From positions 7,691 through 71,690 of the forward strand of contig CAMTWQ010000025.1 in NCBI GenBank assembly GCA_947085465.1: a DNA stretch of 64,000 nt, written 5' to 3'. Of the stretch, positions 10,279 through 18,109 are shown piece by piece. Each line of letters opens with the position of its first letter. The first letter of the stretch is position 1. The notes below the pieces were generated by a model. The model saw only the letters and a program-made list of their open reading frames with translations. It was not told where the DNA came from and did not search any database. The translations under genes were made by a program, and so were the position numbers. This DNA is from an uncultured Alphaproteobacteria bacterium (GTDB lineage Bacteria > Pseudomonadota > Alphaproteobacteria > UBA11222).

Positions 10279-11034
10279 GTGGATATCGATTATTTACATG
10301 CCCTGCGGATGTGCGAACTTGCGGCGTGGCTAGCCCGCATACACGCGGATAAAAATCATTCCCTGCTGGAGATCGGCGCCGGTACAGGCGCGCAGGCGGC
10401 CCGACTCAGCCGGCATTTCAGCACCGTTGCAGCGGTTGACCTGGCCGCTTCACCCTATGCCAAGGCGCGAGAGTTTCCCGTGCAGGATTATGACGGCCAG
10501 CGGCTGCCGTTTGCGGATGCAAGCTTTGATGTGATCTACACCAGCCATGTGCTGGAGCATGTGGCTGATTTTGCGGCGTTAAGCGATGAAATGCGCCGGG
10601 TGCTGAAGCCAGGTGGGATAGCGGTGCATGTGCTGCCCACCCCCGCGTGGCGGATCGCCAGTTGCTTCACCCATTATCTCGCACTGCCGAAAATCCTGTT
10701 GTCGCGCGCCGCACCGCAAACTGGCGCCACCGCGCCGGGCGCTGGAAAATCGCTGACCGCGAATTTATTGTCGCTATTGTTCGCCGCCCGGCATGGCGAA
10801 AACGGCAACCGTTTTACCGAAGCCTTTTATTACCGCAGCGCCTGGTGGCGGCGGCGGTTTATTGATGCCGGCTGGCAGGTGACGGATGAATTTCCACTTG
10901 GGCTGTTTTATACCGGATATATGATTTTTGGCACGCGCTTGGGGGTCGCGTTGCGTGGCCGGCTTGCAAATATTCTGGGCAGTTCATCCTATTGTTTTGT
11001 CATGCGCAATGCAGGCGCACTTCCGCAAAGGTGA
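10279..11034 (+). CDS. Class I SAM-dependent methyltransferase
   Basis: 251 aa. LLEIGAGTGAQA motif I and FDVIYTSHVLEHV. GTG start. Confidence 0.75.
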   Translation: MDIDYLHALRMCELAAWLARIHADKNHSLLEIGAGTGAQAARLSRHFSTVAAVDLAASPYAKAREFPVQDYDGQRLPFADASFDVIYTSHVLEHVADFAALSDEMRRVLKPGGIAVHVLPTPAWRIASCFTHYLALPKILLSRAAPQTGATAPGAGKSLTANLLSLLFAARHGENGNRFTEAFYYRSAWWRRRFIDAGWQVTDEFPLGLFYTGYMIFGTRLGVALRGRLANILGSSSYCFVMRNAGALPQR

Positions 11035-11371
11035 GTTCCTCCCGCCCGCCGGGCGACACATAGACAAAACGCAGTTCTGAGGTCTGATCAATCATCACGC
11101 CGGGAAGCGGATGATACACCATGCCGCGCCCGCCAAAGCCGGGGCTGGCCGAACCCACGCTAAAGCAATCGCTGAACACCACCTGCATCAGTTTCAAGGC
11201 CACCCCATCCCTGGTGATCTCCTGGGGGATGCGCGTCAGTTCAAGAAAGGCGCGTTTATCGCTGGCGGCGCGGAATCCCTCGGCGAACGCCAGCCCCGCC
11301 AGCCGGTCCGCCTCGTCATCCTGGCGATGGGGATGGGAATGGCCGTGAAGATGATCATGCGGCGCGCTCAC
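11000..11371 (-). CDS. His-rich small protein (123 aa), last gene of the riboswitch operon; candidate metal-handling accessory protein
   Basis: N-terminus MSAPHDHLHGHSHPHRQDDE. Its GTG start overlaps the TGA stop of the upstream hydrolase (GTGA), which implies translational coupling. No P-loop and no CxxC pairs. Family not recognised. Confidence 0.6.
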   Translation of the reverse strand: MSAPHDHLHGHSHPHRQDDEADRLAGLAFAEGFRAASDKRAFLELTRIPQEITRDGVALKLMQVVFSDCFSVGSASPGFGGRGMVYHPLPGVMIDQTSELRFVYVSPGGREELTFAEVRLHCA

Positions 11372-12543
11372 GAGAAACTCACCGGCTTGTCGATCATGTG
11401 CTTGTGCTTGCCCATCATGCCGTTGGCCACCATGGCGCCAAGCACATCGACAATAACACGCACGCCAAACAACGCGGTGATTTCCGATTGGTCATAGGGT
11501 GGCGACACCTCGACCACCTCAAGGCCGCAAAGCCCCTGCGACGCCACCTTGCCAACCAGCGACAGCACCTCACGCGGCAAGAAACCGCCTGGCTCGGGCC
11601 AGCCCGTGCCAGGCACAAAGCCGCAGTCCACACAGTCAACGTCAAAGCTCAGATACACCGCATCCGCGCCCTTCCAGGCAAGCTCCAGCGCAATCTCGGC
11701 GGTCTTGTCGATGCCCAGTTCCTCGACATCGCGCATCGTGAGAATATTGGTGTTGCGCGCGCGGATCTGCGCCACCGCCTCGCGCGGCACCTGCCAGCCG
11801 CCGATGCCAATCTGCACCAGATTGGTGGCCGGCACATTTGGCAGATTCGTCGCATGAAACCAGGGCGTGGTGTGCATGCGCTCGTCCAGATCGCGCTCCT
11901 GAATATCCGCATGGCGGTCAAAATGAATGATGCCGATTTTTTTTGATGTGCATTGGGCAATGCCGCGCACGGTGGCGAAGCCAATGGAATGATCGCCGCC
12001 CAAAATAACCGGCATGGCGCCCGATGAAAACACATGCGCCACCGCGCGGCTGATCTGGTCAAAGGTTTTTTCGATATTGGCCGGAATAGTGAACACATCG
12101 CCGCTATCGCACAGGCTCATCTGTTCACGCAGGTCAACGCCCAGCTCATAATTATACGGCGTATACAGGGCCGAGATTTTACGCATGCCCTGCGGGCCAA
12201 ACCGCGCGCCGGGGCGGTAGGTGGTTCCGCCGTCAAACGGCACGCCGATGACGGCGGCGTCATAGTTGCCGGTGGCCCGTACGTCTTCCGCATAAGGCGC
12301 CTTGAGAAAGGTGTTGATGCCCGCGAAATGCGGCAATTCACCGCGCGCAAATGTTGGGATGCTGCGGTCCTGAATGCTATCCGCGCCGCTCAGGCCGAGT
12401 TTGAGGCTGCGCGCCTGCTCTTCTTTCCAGCGCTTGTCAGGAAGACCGGCTTCGGCAAGCGCGGCCTTCCAGCCGCGCGCCTGCATCTTATCGAAATCCG
12501 GGTGGTGACGCCGTAGGGAGGCTGGAAGCAATTTCATGCGCAT
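11368..12543 (-). CDS. Arginase/ureohydrolase-family hydrolase (agmatinase-like; candidate guanidine hydrolase)
   Basis: 391 aa. Ureohydrolase metal-ligand blocks are intact: ILGGDHSIG, HFDRHADI, LSFDVDCVDCGF, EVVEVSPPYD. It sits in an operon behind a guanidine-I-like riboswitch. Confidence 0.85.
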   Translation of the reverse strand: MRMKLLPASLRRHHPDFDKMQARGWKAALAEAGLPDKRWKEEQARSLKLGLSGADSIQDRSIPTFARGELPHFAGINTFLKAPYAEDVRATGNYDAAVIGVPFDGGTTYRPGARFGPQGMRKISALYTPYNYELGVDLREQMSLCDSGDVFTIPANIEKTFDQISRAVAHVFSSGAMPVILGGDHSIGFATVRGIAQCTSKKIGIIHFDRHADIQERDLDERMHTTPWFHATNLPNVPATNLVQIGIGGWQVPREAVAQIRARNTNILTMRDVEELGIDKTAEIALELAWKGADAVYLSFDVDCVDCGFVPGTGWPEPGGFLPREVLSLVGKVASQGLCGLEVVEVSPPYDQSEITALFGVRVIVDVLGAMVANGMMGKHKHMIDKPVSFS

Positions 12544-12545
12544 TG

Positions 12546-13271
12546 TTATCTCCGGTGTGTCAAGGGAATGTCATAGGTAATCGTTGCGCCTTGTTTGGCG
12601 TTTTGGGCCTTCAGGGATGGGATTTTATCGAACACCATGACCCGGGTTCCAAGCAAGAATCCTTCCTGTAAATCATGGGTAACCATAAAAATCATCATTT
12701 CATTTTCACGCCACAGGCGCAGGATCAATTCGTGCATGTCCTTGCGGGTTCCTGGATCAAGCGCGCCAAATGGCTCATCCAGCAGCAGCACCTTTGGCTG
12801 CATGATAAGCGCCTGGGCAATGGCGAGGCGCTGCTGCATGCCGCCGGACAGCGCCGCCGGGTAAAGATCGCGGGCCTGCGCCAGGCCAACGGATTCAAGA
12901 TACTGCATGGCGGTTTCCCGCGCCTTCCTGCGCGCCGCGCCGAACAAGCGGCCAAGCAGGGGCGAACCGGAAAAGCTTGGGCCGAGCATGACGTTTTCCA
13001 GCACGCTCAAATGCGGAAACACCGAATAGCGCTGATAGACAACGCCGCGGCCGGGTCCGGGCTCGCGCGCGATAGGCGCGCCATCGATTAATATCTCGCC
13101 GCCCGATGGCGTGACTTCGCTCAACAGCATTCGTAAAAATGTGCTCTTGCCGCAGCCGGACGCGCCGACAATAACGCAAAATTCCTGCCCCGCAATTTCT
13201 ATGTTGATGTCGCGCAGCACCGGCTGGTGGTTATATTCCTTGGACAGATTTTTAATGGAAATCGCTGTCAT
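12546..13271 (-). CDS. ABC transporter ATP-binding protein (NitT/TauT family)
   Basis: GASGCGKST Walker A, LSGGMQQRLAIA signature, LLLDEPFGALD Walker B. I moved the start to the MTAISIKNL Met, which forms an ATGA overlap with the permease stop. Confidence 0.9.
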   Translation of the reverse strand: MTAISIKNLSKEYNHQPVLRDINIEIAGQEFCVIVGASGCGKSTFLRMLLSEVTPSGGEILIDGAPIAREPGPGRGVVYQRYSVFPHLSVLENVMLGPSFSGSPLLGRLFGAARRKARETAMQYLESVGLAQARDLYPAALSGGMQQRLAIAQALIMQPKVLLLDEPFGALDPGTRKDMHELILRLWRENEMMIFMVTHDLQEGFLLGTRVMVFDKIPSLKAQNAKQGATITYDIPLTHRR

Positions 13272-14092
13272 GGCTCGTTCCCGGCCGGTTGAAACCAGAC
13301 GAACCTCGTGCGCTGAATTTTCCGCAGCAGATAATCCGATAAAAAAGCCAGCAAGGTAATCCACGCCACATAGGGCAGGATGACATCCATCGCCAGATAC
13401 CGGCGCACCAGAAAAATCCGGTAGCCAAGCCCCTCTGTCGCCGCAATGGCCTCGGCGGCGATCAAGAACAGCCAGGCCGGGCCAAGCGATAATCGCACCG
13501 CATCAATAAGGCGTGGCATTATCTGGGGCGCCACAATCCGCACTATGATTTGCCAGGTGGATGCGCCAAGGGTCTGCGCCTTGATCAATTGTTCGGCCGG
13601 CAGTTCGGCCACGCGCATGGACATGTCGCGCATCATAAAGGGCGCGACACCTATAATGATGAGAATAATTTTCGACAGCTCGCCCAGCCCAAACACAATG
13701 AACAATATCGGCAATAACGCCATCGGCGGCACCATGGAGAGCACGGCGATCAATGGTGAAAATGTCCGCCCCGCATAGGGCAGCAGGCCCGTTGCAATGC
13801 CAAATGCAAGGCCCATCGCCGTGGCCGATAGAAGACCAATGATCAGACGCCGAAGGCTCGCCACTGTATCCGCCCACAACAAAATATCGCCGCTGCGCGG
13901 ATCTGTTTGCAGCGCCATGCGGTCAATGGCGTCTGCAAACGCCATCAGCGGCGGCAGTAATTTATCATTCGGGTTTGCCTCCTGCCGCACATCGGAGGCG
14001 GCCAGATATACGCCCAGCAGCAGCAAAAAGGGCAACGCGCCCAGCAGCCAGCCACCGAACGCTGACGGGCGCCAGTTGATCATGCGGCGCAT
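13268..14092 (-). CDS. ABC transporter permease (NitT/TauT family)
   Basis: 274 aa, polytopic hydrophobic protein, with a binding-protein-dependent transport signature region (EQLIKAQTLGASTWQIIVRIVAPQIMP). Confidence 0.88.
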   Translation of the reverse strand: MRRMINWRPSAFGGWLLGALPFLLLLGVYLAASDVRQEANPNDKLLPPLMAFADAIDRMALQTDPRSGDILLWADTVASLRRLIIGLLSATAMGLAFGIATGLLPYAGRTFSPLIAVLSMVPPMALLPILFIVFGLGELSKIILIIIGVAPFMMRDMSMRVAELPAEQLIKAQTLGASTWQIIVRIVAPQIMPRLIDAVRLSLGPAWLFLIAAEAIAATEGLGYRIFLVRRYLAMDVILPYVAWITLLAFLSDYLLRKIQRTRFVWFQPAGNEP

Positions 14093-14124
14093 GGGGGTTG
14101 CTGCTTATTTACCGTTGGCCTGCT

Positions 14125-15192
14125 TCACAACTTGCCGTCCGCCGCCATCTGCATGTAGGTCGAATCAAAGCGCAGCTTGATGTTGGCGGTGTCGCCAAGC
14201 ACGCCGCCGCCCGGAAACTGAATGCCGATTTTGTCCACGGACGCGCCGCTTTCGCCAAACAGGCCATGCGCCGCCGAAAATTTCCGCACCGCATCCATGG
14301 TGTTTTTCACAGCGGCGCTATTGGTGAACGCCACCCCTTCGCTGGCGAGATACATCATTTTTGTCGTCGCAAGCTGCGCCTCATATCCGGCAACATCGGT
14401 TCCTGACGCCTTGGCAAGCCCGGCGCGCATCGCTGTGTCTTTTTGCATCAGCGCCATCGCCTCATACCATGCGCCGGTCAACGCCTTGCCGAAGGCGGGA
14501 TTATCCTTAAGGGTGGCGGTGTTGACCACCATCAGATCGATGATCTCACCCGGGATTTGCGAGGAGTCAAATACCTTGCTGGCGCCGGGAACGGCCGCCA
14601 CTTCGGATAATTGCGGATTCCAGGTCACGACAGCGCTCACGTCAGCCGAGCCGCTGAACGCCGCGACGATGTCGGCGTCCGATGTATTGACCACCGTCAG
14701 GTCTTTTTCCGAAAGCTTGTTTTTCTCCAGCGCGCGGGCCAGCAGATAATGCGATACGGAAAGCTCGACCAGATTGACCTTCCGCCCCTTTAGATCAGCG
14801 ACGCTTGCGCCATTTTTCACGACAATGCCGTCATTGCCGTTGGAAAAATCGCCAGTGATCAGCGCCGTGCTGTCCACGCCGCCAACCGCTGGAATGGTCA
14901 GCGCGTCCATATTGGTCATGCTGCACCCATCAAAGCCGCCTGCGGTGTATTGATTGATGGATTCGACATAATCGTTGATCTGCACGATCTCGACATCAAT
15001 GCCGTATTTCTTCGCCCATTTTTTCATGATCCCTGAATCTTGCAGATAACCCCACGGCATCCAGCCCACATAGATCGACCAGCAGACTTTGAAGCTGGAT
15101 TTCTGTGCGGCCGATGCGGGCTGCGTACTTGCCGCGACCAGCATTAATACGGCGCCTAGCATCACGGTGATGTTTTTGAAAAATTTGCTCAT
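14125..15192 (-). CDS. ABC transporter periplasmic substrate-binding protein (NMT1/TauA-like)
   Basis: True start taken at MSKFFKNITVMLGAVLMLVAASTQPASA (signal peptide, GGAGGG RBS 8 nt upstream). The 106 upstream codons of the track ORF cover a repeat element and the riboswitch and are not coding. Confidence 0.88.
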   Translation of the reverse strand: MSKFFKNITVMLGAVLMLVAASTQPASAAQKSSFKVCWSIYVGWMPWGYLQDSGIMKKWAKKYGIDVEIVQINDYVESINQYTAGGFDGCSMTNMDALTIPAVGGVDSTALITGDFSNGNDGIVVKNGASVADLKGRKVNLVELSVSHYLLARALEKNKLSEKDLTVVNTSDADIVAAFSGSADVSAVVTWNPQLSEVAAVPGASKVFDSSQIPGEIIDLMVVNTATLKDNPAFGKALTGAWYEAMALMQKDTAMRAGLAKASGTDVAGYEAQLATTKMMYLASEGVAFTNSAAVKNTMDAVRKFSAAHGLFGESGASVDKIGIQFPGGGVLGDTANIKLRFDSTYMQMAADGKL

Positions 15193-15239
15193 TGCACGAC
15201 CCTCCATAAATGACGCGTTTATCAGCACGGGCGCCGGGC

Positions 15240-15352
15240 CTAGACCATTTCCTGATCGGATTGAATCAATCCGATCAGGAAATGGTCTAACGCATTCAAT
15301 CAGAGCCTTTCTTATCCGGTCAGGTTGGTTCAACCTGACCGGGAAAGGCTCT
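15240..15352 (+). repeat. Double-hairpin intergenic repeat, copy 1 (in the 5' leader of the riboswitch operon)
   Basis: Hairpin 1 is gaccatttcctgatcggattgaatcaatccgatcaggaaatggtc, a perfect 21-bp stem. Hairpin 2 is agagcctttcttatccggtcaggttggttcaacctgaccgggaaaggctct. Near-identical copies lie at 23772-23890 and 30000-30118. Confidence 0.9.
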
Positions 15353-15433
15353 GGGGGTCTGGTTTCGCAGCGGGCGAGAGGGCCATTCCCATGGCATCCC
15401 GAGCGACGGGCAGGCGCCCATTGCCGCACGAAA

Positions 15434-15532
15434 CCTCCCGGGTTTTTGTCCCGCCGTGTGTCCGGCCGGTCAACCGGCTGGATCGCATCTCTCGGACCAG
15501 CACGCCTCATGGAAAAGGCGCCGGAACCCTAG
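15434..15532 (-). promoter_or_regulatory. ykkC / guanidine-I riboswitch aptamer
   Basis: The minus strand reads CTAGGGTTCCGGCGCCTTTTCCATGAGGCGTGCTGGTCCGAGAGATGCGATCCAGCCGGTTGACCGGCCGGACACACGGCGGGACAAAAACCCGGGAGG. The blocks CUAGGGUUCCG, GGUCCGAGAG and ACACGGCGGGA-AAAA-CCCGGGAG match the remembered guanidine-I consensus. Confidence 0.8.
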
Positions 15533-15692
15533 ACGCGTATTAAGCTTCTGTTAAGCAATTGTTATGCCATTAATAAGGGCGCGGCGGCAGGGCGGGGTAT
15601 CGCATCACGGCCGCCATATTTGCCTGAATTTAGGGCTAATCCTGACGGTCTGCCTATTTATCCAGCAATTTAATTCTATCCGCCTCAGAAAC

Positions 15693-15722
15693 GATAACGG
15701 CGGCCCGAAAGCCGCCGTTATC
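15693..15722 (-). terminator. Stem-loop downstream of the PEP-CTERM gene (probable terminator)
   Basis: gataacggcggc-ccgaaa-gccgccgttatc is a perfect 12-bp stem starting 21 nt after the stop at 15743. On the minus strand it is followed by GTTTCT. Confidence 0.55.
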
Positions 15723-15742
15723 AATTGGTGCGTGGGGTGGGA

Positions 15743-16987
15743 CTAAGCCCGCCGCCGCCGCGCCATCCCAATGCCGGCCAGACCCGCGCCGAGCAGGCTC
15801 AAGGTCATCGGTTCGGGAACCCCTGTTGGGCCGGGATTAACGGCGTCCGTATCGAAGGTAACCGGGATCATGCTCATATCCACGGTGCCTGCGCTGACAA
15901 AGGTCAGGCCGGTGACAAACGCCACCGGATTAAGCGGATCGAGCAGCGCCGCCTGATCGATGCCCAGTACGCGGAAGCGGTCAACGCCGTCAACGTCGAA
16001 AGCGTACTCAACACCGGCGAAGGCATTGTCCAGAAAGATGTCAAAGCCATCGCCGTCCCACAGAAAGATTTCATAGGCCCCATCATCTCCCGCTATGGTT
16101 GGCAGAAGCACGCTGGCGATATTCGGGCCGCTATTGATGATATAATCATAACCGACGGCGATGATCGGATCGATGAATACCCGTTCATCCGCCCGCGCAT
16201 CGAATAAAAAATCGAATGAAAAATCTTCCGGATCAATGACAGGCAGCAGTGGCGCTTCTGAACTGGATCCGGGACACACAGTGGCACCGCCGAAGCGGCA
16301 TTCCAGGTCCACTTTGATTGTATCTAACGCCCAGGATTCGTCATCCCCGCCTTGCCATCCTGCGCCGGCAGCGTACAGATCAATGGTGAGGGTGCTGGCC
16401 GTGTGCGCGTAAGCCACTGGGCTAAGGTCATAATAAGCGCTATCTGGAAAACTATTATTGAAACCAAGATTGACGCCAAAAGATATCGGAGACACTGTAT
16501 TTGTGTCGCCATTGACATCGAAGTTGTTAAACGTGGCGCCAAAAGGGGCCCCGCCGTCGATACGGGCTACAAAGAAGTCTGGACCATAAGTGGCGTGATT
16601 ACCGTCCCATGAATCAATGGCTGCAAACAGAAAATCCACACTAAAATGCGTATGCGCCGCCAATCCGGTCAAGCGCAGTGTTGATGCTGTTGCCAGTCCT
16701 CCCACGGAAGAGTTACGCAGGAAAAGATTCCCGAAACCGGGGAGGGAGCCATTACTCACCCCACTGTAACCCTGAGTGCCCTGAATTGTGCCACCGCCAG
16801 TCCATTCGGGCGCTGAATTATCCTCAAAGTCCTCATAATACACGACCAAGGCTTGCGCCTCAGTCGCCCCGATACTTAAAAGTGCAATGCAGGCCATCAG
16901 TACGGCAGCGGCGACCATGGCCGCCGGTAAAAGACTATTTCTGAAACGATTCCGGTATCCGCGATGCGGTTTCCTATTGGGTGTCAT
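15743..16987 (-). CDS. Secreted PEP-CTERM sorting-domain protein
   Basis: 414 aa. N-terminal signal/TM segment (AAMVAAAVLMACIALLSIGA). The C-terminus VPEPMTLSLLGAGLAGIGMARRRRA has the PEP motif, a TM helix and an Arg cluster. Confidence 0.8.
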   Translation of the reverse strand: MTPNRKPHRGYRNRFRNSLLPAAMVAAAVLMACIALLSIGATEAQALVVYYEDFEDNSAPEWTGGGTIQGTQGYSGVSNGSLPGFGNLFLRNSSVGGLATASTLRLTGLAAHTHFSVDFLFAAIDSWDGNHATYGPDFFVARIDGGAPFGATFNNFDVNGDTNTVSPISFGVNLGFNNSFPDSAYYDLSPVAYAHTASTLTIDLYAAGAGWQGGDDESWALDTIKVDLECRFGGATVCPGSSSEAPLLPVIDPEDFSFDFLFDARADERVFIDPIIAVGYDYIINSGPNIASVLLPTIAGDDGAYEIFLWDGDGFDIFLDNAFAGVEYAFDVDGVDRFRVLGIDQAALLDPLNPVAFVTGLTFVSAGTVDMSMIPVTFDTDAVNPGPTGVPEPMTLSLLGAGLAGIGMARRRRA

Positions 16988-17170
16988 TGTATTTTCTCCA
17001 TGTGAATGCTGTTGAATTGATTACCGTCTGCGTAAAGGTGCTATCCAGGGTGCCAACCTAACTTACCCCCCCCCCTGATGAGTCAACTGCATTTTAAGGA
17101 TTTTAAGGATTTATCAGGAATTGGCGCGTGATCGCTCGCAACTGCGGCGGTGAGGCGCCCATCGGGCCGC

Positions 17171-18103
17171 CTATTTATCCAGCAGCTGGATGAGCTCAGA
17201 CGCCCTGACAAAAGGGGATGCATCAGGGGTTGCGGATATCTTACTGCTTACCCGCGCCAGTCCGCGCAGGCCAAACTGTTCCCGCACCATTTCGCCAAGC
17301 CAATGCCGGGCTTGCAGGTTTCGCGTGCGCGGCCCGGCGCCGGTTTGCGCCAACCAGCTTTGATGCCGGTCCAGTTGCAGGAGCAGCGCGTCAATCCCCT
17401 GGCTTTGCGCCGCCGACAGGCTGAGCACCGGGGCCAGCCATTCGCCCTCGCCGATTTCAGAAAGCCCGAGCGCCCCCTCCACATCGGCCTTGGCGCGCCG
17501 TGCCGCCGCCGTCATATCGGCTTTCGTCACCACGGCGATATGCGGGACTTCCATAATGCCCGCCTTCATGAATTGCAGGCTATCACCGGAGCCGGGCTGA
17601 ATACAAAAAACTACCGTGTCCGCCACATTAGCCACGTCGGTTTCCGACTGGCCGATGCCAACGGTCTCGATCAGCACCACGTCATAGATCGCCCGCATCA
17701 ATACCATCGCCGGCAGGGTGAGTGCGGCAAGACCGCCAAGCCGGTCGCGCGCCGCCATGGAGCGGATAAACACGCCCGCATCTTCCGGGTCTGTTGACAG
17801 CCGTGTGCGATCGCCAAGCAACGCGCCGCCGGTTTTGCGCGAGGTAGGATCGACCGCGATCACGGCCACGGTGCGCGCCTGTTTGCGCCACGCTTGCAAG
17901 AGCGCATTGATCAAGGTTGATTTGCCAACGCCGGGCGGTCCGGTCAAGCCAATCACATGGGCGCGCGCGCTGTTCCAGGCGTCATCCAGCAAGCTTGTAA
18001 CGGCCGGATCATCCGTGAACTGTTCAACTGCCGCCAAGGCGCGCGCCATTGCAGACTTGCCGCCGCTACGCAGTTCCGCAAGGGTTGGAATGTCCGGCTT
18101 CAC
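17171..18103 (-). CDS. meaB: MeaB/ArgK-type G3E-family GTPase (methylmalonyl-CoA mutase-associated)
   Basis: 310 aa. GPPGVGKSTLINAL P-loop, ETVGIGQSE, VTKADM. Confidence 0.8.
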   Translation of the reverse strand: MKPDIPTLAELRSGGKSAMARALAAVEQFTDDPAVTSLLDDAWNSARAHVIGLTGPPGVGKSTLINALLQAWRKQARTVAVIAVDPTSRKTGGALLGDRTRLSTDPEDAGVFIRSMAARDRLGGLAALTLPAMVLMRAIYDVVLIETVGIGQSETDVANVADTVVFCIQPGSGDSLQFMKAGIMEVPHIAVVTKADMTAAARRAKADVEGALGLSEIGEGEWLAPVLSLSAAQSQGIDALLLQLDRHQSWLAQTGAGPRTRNLQARHWLGEMVREQFGLRGLARVSSKISATPDASPFVRASELIQLLDK

Positions 18104-18109
18104 CGCGTC

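Noticed and set aside
15193-15510. N-terminal 106 codons of the track ORF 14125-15510 (a long extension of the substrate-binding protein).
   Set aside because: The extension translates the double-hairpin repeat and part of the riboswitch aptamer. A signal peptide with a good RBS starts at 15192, so the extension is not coding.
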